From assembly GCA_951406725.2 (NCBI GenBank), contig OX597822.1, positions 7,130,001 to 7,194,000 on the forward strand: DNA of 64,000 nucleotides. Direction: 5' to 3'. The notes under the pieces are model-generated. The model searched no databases. It was given only the letters and a program-made list of their open reading frames with translations, and was not told the DNA's origin. Position numbers and translations under genes: made by a program. Below, one piece after another: positions 1 through 14,250 of the stretch (its first letter is position 1; each line of letters begins with the position of its first letter). This stretch comes from Octopus vulgaris. Taxonomy: Eukaryota.

Positions 1-311
1 GTTATAGCCAAAAAATAGCAAAAAATGCATTAAAAATGGGAAAAAAGTATGGTAAATTTTTTTTAATCGTTGACTCATCGTAGACATTTTTAGAGAGTTA
101 CTTCTCTTATATAATAGCAAAAAAATGCATTGAAATGGAAAAAAATGATGGTAATTTTTTTTTAAATCGTAGACTCATCGTAGACGCGCGCTAATACCCA
201 GAAGGGCTCGATATGAATCACGACTATAAGATACCCGGCTTTTGGTTAAACTGCACCGCAAAATTGTGGGAGTAGTTAGGAATCTAAATCGTAGGAGACA
301 GACACACAACT
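1..311 (-). mobile_element. Non-autonomous Helitron, family H1 (partial, runs off window start; internal ~100-bp tandem duplication)
   Basis: Near-identical to 33094-33390 and to the reverse complement of 60119-60518 (shared core gactcatcgtagacgcgcgctaatacccagaa...aggagacagac). The block ending 'gactcatcgtagac' occurs twice within 1-185. Confidence 0.8.
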
Positions 312-729
312 CCACATGGCAAAATGAAACTCCGGCATATGCATTGCAGAGAAAGCGTTCATTAATCTTTGTACTTCAACAAAGCTGTCTAGAAGTGACT
401 CGCGATACGCTTATAAACTTATCTATACGTACACGTAGGTAATTCTTTTAGGGGATAATGCATTTGTTGATAAGTACTGTGTGTTATCCGAGAGTCATTT
501 TTGTGTACACTCTAGCGGCCACACTTCTGAAAAACATTTCCCTACGACTATTACCTAACGACGTAAGCATGCGTCAGGTATAACAGTTGAATTCAGAGTG
601 TCACGAATTTCCAACTACCTTTCTGTCGGGATGCTGAGGCAAATAATTTCAGAATCGAAACTCTAAAGAACACGTTTAAGGGACAGCAAATACCATTAAA
701 CAACACAACGTCTTGAGACCGCCTTATCT

Positions 730-910
730 TCATCTCCTCCTCCTCTTCCTCCTCCTCATCCTCCTCTTCTTCTTCTTCTTCTTCTTCTTCTTCTTCTTCT
801 TCTTCTTCTTCTTCTTCTTCTTTTCTTCTTCTTCTTCTTGTTCGTCAGCACCATCGTCATCGTCATTATCATCCACATCATTTTCTTCCTAACTTTCCTC
901 GCCTTCATCG

Positions 911-954
<44 letters not shown>

Positions 955-1238
955 TTCTCCTTCTTCGCTTTTTTCCCCATTCCCCATTCTCGTATTTACT
1001 ATTAATCATAGCAGTAGCCGTGGCAAACTTTGCCGTTGTTGATGTTGTAAGCATGAGTGATATAATATTTATTATTTGATATAAATTAATATTATTTGGA
1101 AAAAACTAATTGAATTATTGCATGGTATGTATAATAATGATAAAGATAATGGGAACGACACAGCTATGGCCGATGCTGCTGTTGCTGCTGCTGTTGTGCT
1201 GCTCTTGCCTCTTCAGTTGCTGCTGCTGCTGCTGCTGC

Positions 1239-1271
<33 letters not shown>

Positions 1272-1509
1272 AGCGACATCAATGATAATGTATGTGTGAA
1301 GATTGTTGCTGTCAGGATTATTATTATTATTATTTTCCACTTCTTTATCATAAGCAGCATCATCATAATTCATCACCCACCTCCATCATCATCAACATGA
1401 ATATCATTATCACCATCGTCCTCGTCGTCGTCGTCGTCCTGTTCGTCCCCCTCTCATCATCATCATCATCATCATCATCGTCATAATCATCATCATCATC
1501 ATCATCACT

Positions 1510-1558
<49 letters not shown>

Positions 1559-1635
1559 ATCTCGCCATCATCAATCTCACCATCATCGTCATCATCATCT
1601 TCATCATCATCATCGTCGTCGTCATCATCTCTTCT

Positions 1636-1683
<48 letters not shown>

Positions 1684-1998
1684 AACTACCACCACCCCTA
1701 CTACTATGCGCGATTGGAGTAGTTGATGTAAACTGTTGTGGTATTATTGATAACGTTATCATTATTAATTTGGCAGTATAGGTAAACAAAGTGAATGCGA
1801 CAGTTTCTCCCTCCACTACGGCTTTGTTTACGATAAGAGGTGAGATTAATGTCACAACTTCTCTGACCTTCAGACATGGTTGCCATGCTTAGCGACTGAA
1901 TAGAAGTATATTGTTTACTGGTCTTTATAGAAAGCTAATGTTTGGAAAATTAGCGCAGAGAAAATAATCAGTGATTTATTATTATTGTTGTTGTTGTC

Positions 1999-2079
<81 letters not shown>

Positions 2080-2251
2080 ATTATTATTATTATTAATAGC
2101 ATCATCATTATTGTTGTTGTTGTTATTATTATTATTGTTGTTATTATTATTATTACTATTATTATTGTTATATGTTATTATTATTATTATTTTATTGTTA
2201 TTATTATTATTATTGCTATTATTATTATTATTATTATTATTGTTATTGTTA

Positions 2252-2294
<43 letters not shown>

Positions 2295-2315
2295 GATCAT
2301 CATTATTATTATCAT
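730..2315. repeat. Cluster of compound trinucleotide microsatellites (TCC/TTC/ATC, CTG, ATC/CTA, TTA/TTG)
   Basis: Arrays visible at ~730-960, 1170-1270, 1380-1705 and 1975-2315. They explain the homopolymer ORFs. Confidence 0.97.
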
Positions 2316-2788
2316 CGTACAGTTTTTCAAGTTTTGTGTTTCCCTTAAATGGCGTTGGTTTTACAATGAGTTCTTTCACAATGAAAAGCTATGCAGCTTT
2401 TAGTTTCAACCACCAGTGTTTTAATTTAGAAATGCCGTACCACAGGAAACAATAGATATCACAGCGGCTGACTTAGTTATCTAGTGTATTTGCGTCAGAA
2501 GAGGCGTAAGTTGATTGTGCTGTCTATTTGGTGAAACATATGCCCCTGAACACTGGTTACGAGAGAATGAAGGAGATAACTATTCGTATAAAATCTATGA
2601 TTAACAAATATCTACACTACAGCTCATACTTTTTCTAACTTCCTCTCTCCTTCTCTGCCTCCTATAATTATCTGACTGTAAACGCATATGTGCGTATAGC
2701 GTGTAATATATGTCCGTATATAACAGATAATTGTATACTGTGAATACGTGGGATGTACGTGGAGCTTATGCGTCTCCCTAACATATGC

Positions 2789-2864
<76 letters not shown>

Positions 2865-3035
2865 CACATACACACAGATACATGCATATATATATACACA
2901 CATGTAGACGTGTGTGTGTGTCTATGTTGGTGTGTACATATGTACGTATTTACGAATACCTACAATATCTATACATACCTATGTATATATATATATATAT
3001 AAATATATATATACATATACATATATAAATATATG

Positions 3036-3082
<47 letters not shown>

Positions 3083-3107
3083 CACACACATCTATACATA
3101 TATATGT

Positions 3108-3162
<55 letters not shown>

Positions 3163-3165
<3 letters not shown>

Positions 3166-3450
3166 CGGGAAGCTTTATGAAAATAGACAAAAGACGAAGG
3201 CAGGTTTACGGAAATAAACAAAAGACGAAGGCAGGTGGAATACAAACAAACAATTGTATTAGTATGGCGCTCAGGAAATATAAATAAAACAAGTCTTTAA
3301 CGTTTCGAACCTACGCTCTTCAACAGAAAGATACACAGAGAAGAAACACAGGAAGAAGGAGAGAAAAAATGCGTGCAGAGGCTAGCGAATCAACATGGCG
3401 ATCTGATTTCGGCCAGAAATTAAAGATCAAACGTGAGACGCAAGTATATA
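3163..3450 (-). mobile_element. PLE-type terminal-repeat fragment next to a (TA)n array
   Basis: Abuts (TA)n at 2795-3162 and carries a hammerhead-like motif at 3295-3330. Same motif architecture as 18131-18165. Confidence 0.5.
3295..3330 (-). ncRNA. Minimal type I hammerhead-like motif (CUGUUGA variant core)
   Basis: Minus strand reads CUUU-CUGUUGA-A-GAGC(GUAG)GUUC-GAAA-CG-UU-AAAG. Helix I is CUUU/AAAG and helix III is the palindrome AACGUU. Confidence 0.5.
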
Positions 3451-5830
3451 TATATTGAGAGGTAAAGCAGGAGAGAGAAAGCTATATACTTGTATATTGC
3501 TTGTACGTCAAAATTTGTGTATGTATTGTAAATCGCTTTATTCTCGTATCGTGTATTGGTGCCTAACTAGAAGCGCCTAGCGTCGTATGGAGATTATTCT
3601 AATAACATTAACTAATATCATTATTCAGGGTCAACAACATTAGTTAATACTAATATTAACTAAGATTATTTTAATAATATTAACCCACTTTTCGCTCTGT
3701 ATCTTTAGACTTACCTAAATTCATTAATTCGATTTCCCATACTTCTAACTGTACTTTCTACTAACTTTCTTCAAGCTCTAATTGCTCTCATTCCCTCATT
3801 CTCCCTCTCTCTACTAACACCATTTCCTACTTTTCTCAGCATTCTTTCATTGTTGATCCTCTTTACTAAGCATTTTGTTATCTCGTTGTCATTACCATTT
3901 TTGCTAAGAATTTCGTTCGAGTAGAATTATAATCAAACATCATTTTACTCATGCCTACTTTATACTTTAGATGTAAGAAAAAAACGTTAAACAGTATACA
4001 CACAGCTGTACCTACCACGTATAGTTATCACATTTGGTGCTAGCTATAGGAAGTGATAATATTAATCGACCTTCTGATCTGCAGCATACGTAAGTGAATT
4101 TATCTATAATGATATAGGCTTCAGTGATAACTACCTTAAAATTGTATCCATTTCTTTCCGAAATCAGTGGACAAGCCTGGTTACACAGACTCGTTTTGTA
4201 AGCAAGTTAACGATAAAGGTAAAATGTTTGTGTATAAAGCACTATATTTAATCTTCGATCCTCCTTGATATCGATGTATGTAGGAAGGCAATGTATGAGT
4301 TAAATATTGATAAAACCATAATGTGAATACCTCTACATGATTCATTTTGTTGGATTCGTCGATGAGTATTTAGTTGATAGATCATGTCAAATGAGTGCTT
4401 AATTTACTGAATATGTAATTAGTTGTATATTCCATGCAATTCTAAATAAAAAAGAGACCAGCATGATACGGTGCATTTACAGTTTCAGTTACAATCAATA
4501 TGGCAGGCATTTGAGTAATATCTCTAGATTGCTTTTCGAAGTACATGGTTTGCGAAGATAAAAGACAAGTCCCAGAAAAGTGCACTACAATCTATATGGA
4601 GATGTCGTCATTGAAAAGCCAAATTCTAAATTATTTCGACATGATCTACATCCATAGCCAAACGGCAGTTTAGGGAAGGCTGCACAAACAGTTTTCATAC
4701 GTTCGTACTTTTCTCTTGAAACATTATACAGAATGTTTATCGAATGTCTCATTCCTTTAGATATGTTAGTATAGTAATATCTTTAGTGAGCTTTGGTCCC
4801 TGTTTTTAGCAAGTCAAGAAACAGTGTAGATATTGTGTTATATAACACTATCTTAAGATTTTGAATCAAATGGACAATGAAATTACGAAGACTTTGCCTG
4901 TCATAAAAGTGTAGCTGACGTGAATATTGAAGTGAAATTACAACGACCGAGAAGTCAATCGCTTTTTTCAACACAATTATATAAATAACAATAACATTAC
5001 TGTCTGTTTGTAACAATCTCTTTATTTTTCAACTTCTCAACCGTATTATCAGGACTGTGAGTTGTGTACTGAGGCTGGACGCATTTAATGAAATATGGCT
5101 GAAAATGACTAGGAAAAGATAAAGATTTTTCTTTGTGTGTGTGTTTATATAAATATATATATATAAGCGTGGGTGAGTCTATGTATGTATTTGTGTGGCT
5201 GTGTTTGTATATGCGTATTTATCTACGTGTATATATTTATTTTGTTGTTTTTCATGTATTTCCAGGCAATTCATTTTATATATCATAGTTTCTTTTTCAT
5301 TTCAATTTTTACGTTCACGTATTATTTCCTCCATCCATCTTCTTTATACTGTAGTTGGAATTTATTTCGGTTTTGTTATTGTTATTTTTTAAACACAATA
5401 TGTTTGTCATTCATTTCCATTTAGGCATGAAATTGTTGATAAACTGCGATTCTGATATCCTTACAGAAAAATGGTATGTTGCCAAACGAATTCCAGCATT
5501 CAAATCAAAAGAAAGAAGTTGAAATAAGCAAATATACATAATCACACACACACACATATATATATAGGTACACACACACACATATATGTATATACGTATA
5601 TGCATATATGTGTGTTTGATATACATATATTCATACGTACGTACATAAATACATATATATATATACACGTATATATATATACATATATATATATGTATAT
5701 GTATATGTATATGTATATATATATATATGTGTATATATGTATGCATAGATATATACATATGTATATATATATCAAACACACATATATATGAATATATCTA
5801 TTGACGTACATATATATATATACATATACT

Positions 5831-5897
<67 letters not shown>

Positions 5898-6165
5898 GTA
5901 TGTATGTATATATGCATATGCATATATATGAAGAGAGATATATAAGAATGTGTGTGGTGTGTGTGAGCACGTGCGCATGGGTGTGTAGTTATGTATAATA
6001 TCAAAATACAAATGGAAGACAGAAAAAGCCCGAGGAAAATATAACATACAATATCTTAAAACAAGATGATTTAAAAAAAAAAGAGAAAGCTAATCAATGG
6101 TAATAAAGATAAAAACTGAGAAGAGAGAGAAGAGCATTCACTGCTACAACGACAGGTAGTCATTA

Positions 6166-6577
6166 TACTCTTTTACTATTTCACTTGTTTCAGTCATTTG
6201 ACTGCGGCCATGCTGGGGCACCGCCTTTAGTCGAGCAACTCGATCCCGGGACTTACTCTTTGTAAGCCCTGTACTTATTCTATCGGTCTCTTTTGCCGAA
6301 CCGCTAAGTGACGGGGACGTAAACACACCAGCATCGGTTGTCAAGCAATGCTAGCGGGTACAAACACAGACACACAAACACATACACACACATACATATA
6401 TATATATATATGCATATATACGACAGGCTTCTTTCAGTTTCCGTCTACCAAATCCACTCACATGGCATTGGTCTGCCCGGGGCTATAGCAGAAAACACTT
6501 GCCCAAGATGCCACGCAGTGGGACTGAACCCGGAACCACGTGGTTGGTTAGCAAGCTACTTACCACGCAGCCACTCC
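6166..6577 (-). mobile_element. tRNA-derived SINE family A (octopus-type), near full length
   Basis: Reverse complement of 19570-19955. tRNA-like head (ggagtggctgcgtggtaag...ggttcagtccc), internal TA/CA tract and 3' gtaaaagag tail. Confidence 0.88.
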
Positions 6578-6764
6578 AATAATCATGAAGATATTCCAAG
6601 TCAGCTTCACCTGGTTTCGTTTGTCACAATTATTTTGCCTTGTGTATACTTTTATCCTGAACTCTCTCTATATATTTAAATATCTATAACATACACACAT
6701 ATATATACATATGTGCATATGTATGCACAGGCATAATATAGGTATAATATATATATATATATAT

Positions 6765-6940
6765 AAGGACAAAATCGCTAATTTAAATTAAATACCGATC
6801 TCATCAAGTGGCCAGAATGGAAATAAAAAAAACTTCAAAGGTAATAATTATTATTAAAATCATAATTTAGGGTATCTAAGAGATACTGCTATGCTGAAAA
6901 TAGCAGCCAAGATCTGACTCTAAAACCACATTAAATGCCC
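6765..6940 (+). mobile_element. (TA)n-embedded short repeat, same family as 10933-11120
   Basis: 6800-6932 matches the reverse complement of 10993-11118. Flanked by (TA)n on both sides. Confidence 0.7.
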
Positions 6941-7253
6941 ATATATATATATATATATATATCCATATAAAAATGTCTATAGGCATGAATATGATGCTAT
7001 AGAGTTAGTTATGGCCTGGGCTGATAATGGCCGGAAACCAATGTAAGTTATATGAGATGGTATGTATATATACATATGATATATATGATATATGTATACA
7101 TCTAAATATATTATATCTGGATGTATACAAAATTAAAAAAATTTCGTAAACTCACACACGCACATATATATTCTTTTATACTTTACTTGTTTCAGTCATT
7201 TGACTGCGGCCCCGACAGAGCACCGACGGGCTTCGTTCAGTTTCCGCTTACTA

Positions 7254-7301
<48 letters not shown>

Positions 7302-7308
7302 GTATATA

Positions 7309-7418
<110 letters not shown>

Positions 7419-7652
7419 AATTAAGGATAAAATCTTTATAAGAAATTATTAGTAGTTAGCGTGAATAACCTCGTAAGAGAAAAAATCCGTAAATTTTTCC
7501 ACTTTGAAGATATTTATTTATATTATATAGAGTGTACTATTATTCATAGGTACCGCACGCTAGTAGGGACATTTTAGCAGTCAAAACTACTAAAATAAAC
7601 AAATTGTACCGAATGCAAAACTTCAAAACAAGTCATTTAAAAACAGAATTTA

Positions 7653-7716
7653 GTTACATATCACCTGTGATTTCGCAATCTATGCAGAATATGCATTCTA
7701 TGCTCTTCAGTGCAAC
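7653..7716 (-). ncRNA. Type I hammerhead ribozyme (canonical core)
   Basis: Minus strand reads GUUGCA-CUGAAGA-GCA..(23 nt)..UGC-GAAA-UCAC(AG)GUGA-UA^UGUAAC. All three helices pair, the core is CUGANGA/GAAA and the cleavage triplet is AUA. It lies in a ~470-bp insert between two (TA)n arrays. Confidence 0.75.
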
Positions 7717-7884
7717 GAACTCAAGACATATAAGAAAAAACACAACATTACAAACCCGACAGCCAACCGTAGAATTCGTCGCAGCATGTACGAATGTTTA
7801 TCTTTACATATTTATGAAAGTGGCGGGCTTATTCGCAATGCATCTCGGTAACAAATTGCCCACTCGGAACAAAAATTCAGTATT

Positions 7885-7990
<106 letters not shown>

Positions 7991-8499
7991 ATACATAAAC
8001 ATAGCTTCATAGAAGCAAATGCATACATTTACACACACACATATGCGTTATCTCTGTGATTGTGCGCATGTACAAGTATTTCCGTATGCATCTGCGTTAT
8101 CGTAGACATAAAGAATTAGTTAAATGTAGATGTACTTTGGTATACAGATAAGCAAATGTATTTCTATATTTTCATATATATATTTTATACATTTTATATA
8201 TTTTTATATAAAAATGTATTTATATATTTTTTTAAAAACATTCATAATTTTATATAAAATTTCGTTAACAATCTTACTGCCTTCCATATGCTCTCATCAA
8301 AAATTTTCATTAAGCTAAATATATCGATAGAATTACATATAAAGATGTCATTCCCATATTCTGCTTCCTATGTATACTCGATATCTGATGAAAATTGTCG
8401 AAAGTTTTTTTTTTAAAGTAATTGATGCAACAATACTAGAATCTTGGAACTATATATGCCACTCAGTAATGCACGCTGCGTGAATACATATTACTTAAT

Positions 8500-10917
8500 A
8501 ATAGGCAAGTTTTTTTCGGTGTGCGGGGCACCTTTTCAATTTTGGATTTCATTACCGACTGAGGTTTAGGAAGAAAGTTAGCTTTAATCAACCCGTAGTA
8601 AATATAAAATAAGCAACTTTCGGAGACAATAGTGGTTCATTGATATTGAAGGTTGTGGATTTTTTTCGTGTCGAAATATGATAAATTGAAAATAATTCTT
8701 TTTATATTTCCCGGTAAGCGACCAGGTAGTTCTGTTGGGTTTGTGAATAAGAATACAGGTGAGAATAAGAGATTTTTGTGAATAAGAATACAGGTGAGAA
8801 TAAGGATTTTAAGTACGGTCGTTTGACCGGTACTATTGGATAGGGCTGTTTTGTACGAATCACAGAAATTAACAAGGGGAATGAATTAGAAAAAAGATAA
8901 AGTAGAGATAAGAGGGTGAAGACATGTTTATGGTCAAGGGGATACAAAAATATATATGCATGGTGAAAGTATGAGAGAATGGGAAAGAATCGCGGAGGCC
9001 ACTACTGGTTTTCAATTGAGAAATTTTCAGATGTGTGCGTGGAGCGTGAGTACAAAATAAAGTAGTAGAGATGTATGCTGGCGCATGTACTTTTAAGTTT
9101 ACAAAGAAAGGGGTTATGAGGAGAGGTAGGTGAAATAAGAGAAAAAATTTAAATGGTAAGGAAATATACAGAGAGAACTAAGTATATGACAGTAAGGAAT
9201 TAAAGGGAAGATATATTGTTGGTTTTATATATAGTGGTAATAAGGGAAAATTTATGAAGTTTGGGGGAAAGGCGGCGTGGGGTTGTTGTTATTTGTATTT
9301 TTAGAATAGATTTAGTGATCGATATTTGCAGGCAAAATTATACCGCTGCGTTCATTAAGACAACCCGTGCATTGCTAAATAGTAAAGAGCTCGCCTTGTT
9401 ATTATAGCTGCTGAAAGGTATTGAAGCAATCTTTAGTTTATTCATAAGCTGAGATAACAATGTACTGTTAGATTTTGTTCAGGACTTGAAACTGGAGTAA
9501 TGACTGCTCACATTATATTTGAAGGTGGTGCTACATGACACGATATATATGTTGTTACAATTAGTAGTTGATACTGTACACTTATAAACGATGTTTTTTG
9601 TGAGACAGTGCTTATCTAAAAGACAGGAGGTTGGATGTCTGAAGCTGTATAGGTTTCTAGGCGGTGTTCCAGATGAACTTGTGAGGAGATTGCTATTTAT
9701 TCAGCAACTGGTGTTTGGTTCGTTATTATTTCTGAGTTTTTTTGTTAAAATGTGGGATAACTCCAACAATGCTGAGGTTGGTGAGTATGAGTAGACTAGG
9801 GGCTAGATAGTTTTTAAGTGTGAGGGGGGGTAGATTGAAGGAAATATTTTCTGAGTGGGGCGAAAAAGAGTGTAGAAACTCGAGTCCGAACATTAAAGGC
9901 GAATGGGGTGGAAGTAGATTAACTTTCCGGCTTCTTCTCCTTTAATCTTGTATTTGTTCGATTAAGGGAGGTAGCTGGGTGTGGATAGGGTTTTTGGAGT
10001 GTGCGCTGGGGACTGTTTCGGTGAGTTGTGAGGTATATAGGATTTGGGGTCATCTGGTTGGAGGTTGTTTGTTAGGTTGTCCGTTACTCTGAAATTTGGA
10101 CGGGTATTGGTTTATGATATGGGGTTGCCGAACTGGTTTTAGTTAGAGAGAGAAAAATCGAACACGGGGACGTATTCCATTGAATTTTATATCAGGTACG
10201 TTGTAGGGAACAATTGTAATATTCAGCATATTGATCGAATACATCCTTACTAAATAGTGAGGAAATTCTTTAGTAAACGCTTTCCACAATAGAAGTTCAC
10301 GCAGGTTTGTGGTATAGGTAGAAGGTTTGGTTTTGCATGTCCGGGGTTAAATCCAAGAAATTAGCAGTTTTAATGCTGTTAGAGAAGCAAATGCTTAGGT
10401 CGACGTCTTAAATCAAAAACATTTTAAATTTTTCCTTGTCTGTTCGATTATTCGGATTGCGATCAGAGCGACGTCTCTATAGACTAGTAGAGATGTTAGG
10501 GAATTGTTCATGGAGACCGTTAAGTATGTAATGCACTACGAGGTCCGTAACTTAGGCGGAGTCATTGGCTCCTATGAAGATGTCCAAAATGTTGGGTGCA
10601 TCCTGGCGCGCCAAGGATTTCCCATTGAACAATATGATATTTCGGGAATCTACTAATATTATATCAATATCGGTGCGAGACAGGCTGGAATATTTTATGG
10701 AGAAAATTAGGACCTTATTTAGAACAATAAGAGATATGCTGGAGTAGTATCCATCAATGCCCAGTTGTATAAATATAAAGGTGTGCTTTGGGAAGAGAGA
10801 ATTGAACCACTGGTAACTTCAGTGGTTATAGTCCAGCGTTGTAATGCAGATGTGGTGGAAATTTGGGGTTAGGTTATCTGATCGAGTACAATTTTGCAGA
10901 TCTTATCACGAGAGCTT
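8500..10917 (-). mobile_element. Decayed Penelope-like retroelement (RT + GIY-YIG endonuclease)
   Basis: Minus-strand translations: ILDIFIGANDSA*VTDLVVHYIL (cf. FDVTMGSxDGAExxxLVGxYIL), LVYRDVAL (cf. LYRDDGL), and CLLDKHCLTKNIVYKCTVSTTNCNNIYIVSCSTTFK (GIY-YIG-like). Many stops and frameshifts. Confidence 0.8.
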
Positions 10918-10932
10918 ATATATATATATATA

Positions 10933-11120
10933 TAAGAGATACTAACACGCTCGATATGGCAGCTAAAACCTGACACTAAAACCACATTATGTGTGGTTTT
11001 AGAGTCAAGTTTTCGCAGCTATATTGAGCATGGTGGTATCTCTTAGATACCCTTAATTATAATTGTAATAATAATTATTACCTTTGAGGTTTTTATTCCC
11101 ATGCTGGCCACCTGATATGC
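10933..11120. mobile_element. Fold-back (TA)n-adjacent element with imperfect ~55-bp inverted arms (10933-11045)
   Basis: taagagatac...ctaaaaccaca / tgtggttttag...gtatctctta. Homologous to 6765-6940. Confidence 0.75.
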
Positions 11121-12459
11121 TCTGACTCCAAATTCCGCCGAAGCTTCCCTTGCTTTCGTTCCTTCTGGATTTGATAACCGAAATTACTAGTCACGTAAAT
11201 AGGTTAGATAAAAATCAACTTCCAGTCTGTTATAAATGGCCTCATCCTAACATCGTAAAGTATATGTGAAATTTACTACTACCAGTAGAGCAAGCCCTAG
11301 GTACCATTTGGACTACTCTGTCATTACATCAATTTTAACGCAATGTTATCCTATATTACTACGAAACAACAGGTGTATCCAAACACGCACACATTGACAT
11401 GCAATGCTATCCTTTTATAAAAGTTTAATCCATTGACGGAACGATCAAAAGTAAACGGAAAGTGCAGAGAACAAAATACACGACGCAGTGCATGTTACCA
11501 TTTACCATTGACTATCTCTAATTATAGTGGGAATAAATGAAAATATACACAATATGTCGACACATGAGACCTCTAAATTTGATGATTGGCTTCTAAACTT
11601 TTGATCACAGTTAGGTAAATGTGCCATATAAGTTAAGTCCATCTTTTCTAGAAGTTCATCGTGATGAGCAATGGCTTAATTCTTTACGGTTAAAAAGAAA
11701 TCCAATATCAAAGATACTTTTCTTGCTGCAATTTTTAAATATCCAGTTTTTCTCGTCAATTTTAAACTTTGTTTTCTTTAAATCTCTTGCCGTTGATTAC
11801 AGAATTACGCGCTGCACCAGTTGTTTGATAAAGTGTATATATAACGTTCTTTTTGTTTCCACTTTTTTCGTTTAAACAGTTTTATGTATTTATAAGTTAC
11901 AAGCACTATACGATACATGTTTCCAATAATGGAAGTTTCCATTTCTTCACATATACTAGAACCTGAATTCTAAAAGTTGAAATAAGCATTTAGCATTTCC
12001 TTTTACTCTCATAGTTTTCAATTATCAATCATTTGAAGAATGTGAATAAAGGTCAATATGCATGTGCATTAATAACATTATTGCTTGAATCAATTAATCT
12101 TTTATATGCCATATAGGGTTTACATTTATCGTGTGTACATGCAAAGTTATTAAAATTTAAATTTGCATAACGTCTTTATAAACACCCTATATATTCACGT
12201 ATAATAGAAATCACCGGAATAATTCCTTTACTGATTGAAGTGAAATGAACTGTATCTTTCCTTTTGAAGGCGAATTCAATGTCAATTCATGAAGAGACAA
12301 AAGTTCAATTGATTTATAAAAGCAATTTACAGATAAATGCGTTGTCACTCGTGCGAAGAAGAAAACGTGGTTAGGGCTTAGCATGAAAAGTAAACTGATT
12401 ACAAATGTTGTGTGAAATGGGGACCTTGTACTATAATGACTCAGCTGTAATGGATAAAA

Positions 12460-12770
12460 AAGAAGGTTATGATAAATTATTTGAGTTTGTTCAAAAGCTC
12501 CGTAGCGGGGCCTTTCCTCTTGTTCTTGATGGCTTGGGAAAATATTGGCCCTTTCTCATCTTGTAGGAGGAATACTGAACGTCTTCATGCACTACCTGCC
12601 TGATAAGAATCTCAGACACTCTCATGTTCCAGGCGTTGAACCTGATTGGCTTGGAGGGGTCATTGTCAGTCATGTCCTGGATCTTACCAACAATCAATAT
12701 AGCTTTGGTCTCTTGTCACTGTACATATTGTGGAACAATGACAAGACTTCTCTGGTTGTCAACTAATCAC
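12460..12770 (-). mobile_element. Decayed Tc1/mariner-superfamily transposase fragment (HTH region)
   Basis: ORF 12491-12697 (IQDMTDNDPSKPIR...VSEILIRQVVHEDVQYSSYKMRKGQ) is followed by a frameshifted KLLNKLK. This resembles the N-terminal half of IS630-Tc1-mariner transposases. Confidence 0.7.
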
Positions 12771-13249
12771 TTGTTATATTTTTGCCATATGCCTTATAAT
12801 TTTAAAATCACTCATAATTTCGTTTTCGCCCAAATGTACTCTGGTAATTTTACTATATTTTGGTAACATTGCATATTTATTCTATAAGCAGTTGTTTAAT
12901 ACCCATTTAGTTCCGAAAACAAGCATATTTTCTCATCATATCTTTAACACCTGAGTTTTAAGAAACGATTTCATGGTGTACCTGTTTATTTGAGAACGAA
13001 AGTAAATTGTCAGGGAAAATATTAGAAAAACATTGGTGGGGAAATATGTAACCTAATTTAAATAAATACATAACTCATACGACGTCATTTATTAGCAAAA
13101 TAAGTAAAAATCAAATACATTTGTGGTATGGTATGAGAAACTCCATTAAGACGTTGTAAAATTCAAGTCTAAATGTGGACAATACATCTACGTAATCAAC
13201 ATTCACATAAATATCGTGTTTATAAAATTACTGTAAATAACTGATCTGA

Positions 13250-14250
13250 AATATTACAAAATATCCATAATTTGGAGTCTGAGAATTTGGAGCCGACAAT
13301 ATCTTATCCATACTTCCAGTCAATGTGATGAATTCGTTTCCCTTCTCTTGGTTTCCTGCCAGTTCACAACGTCGTCGTCTTTTCTGACAGTTTTGATTCA
13401 CGTATCATCACCAGTTTATCTGATGGTTCCTTCATTCTTTCTTTACAATGACTTGCTTTCGGTAAACCCCAAAATACCTACTAGCATAAATACGATGAAA
13501 CTTCTAATCCCTATCAAAACTATCCCCACCTAAGTGTCATCCATATGTAAAAGCTCATTACTTCACAGCACTTAAACATTACACCATTGAAGACTCACCC
13601 CCAAGCCGCCTACAAATGCGTAATTCCATTCAGCCAATTGTGCAATTTTCGGTTGGTAAATAGCACAGACATTCCATACATCGCGAATATGTTGTGCTTT
13701 CATGTGCAGCACACGGCTACAACTCACAAGAACGCTTCAATTTCTAGACTGTGCATTCAATGAAAATTCCTTTCAACGAATGCACATCGTTATTATAGCA
13801 AACTACAAATGAAGGGCTGGTCTACTTCTTTGGAATCAGATATCACTCCAACCATTAACATTTGGTAAATATGTACAAAACGTGAATAAGTTTCTTGTTA
13901 TATTTCTAACACACACACAGGCAATCAGAGCATCACACTTTGAAAGAAAAGCCTTGACCCACGCTTTTCGGTACATAAATATGAAGTTGCCGACACCGAC
14001 ACTTTCAGACAAGTTCTGGCCAACACACCTGCTATTCCATCTTTCTCTGCTTCTTGTACATGTAATATACAAGCCTCTATTCCTCACATTGGGATCTATT
14101 CCCGTTTCTTCCATTAGTCGCTCGTCTTTTGTCGCTTGTCATTTACATTGTATGCCTCCCCCTGTATTACTAATAAATGACGAGTCCTATCAGGCTTAAA
14201 CGTCGGCCTTCACTAAATCTCTCCTGCATGAATAATTCCGTCCCTCACGT
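13250..14250 (-). mobile_element. Highly decayed CR1/L2-like reverse transcriptase remnant
   Basis: Minus-strand traces of KAFD..V.H, RQ.V..NG and 'ggtgatgatacg' (xDD) motifs in the expected order. Heavily degenerate. Confidence 0.4.

Noticed and set aside
8383-8415. CTGATGA..GAAA hammerhead candidate
   Set aside because: Helix II (aaattgtc) and helices I and III do not pair.
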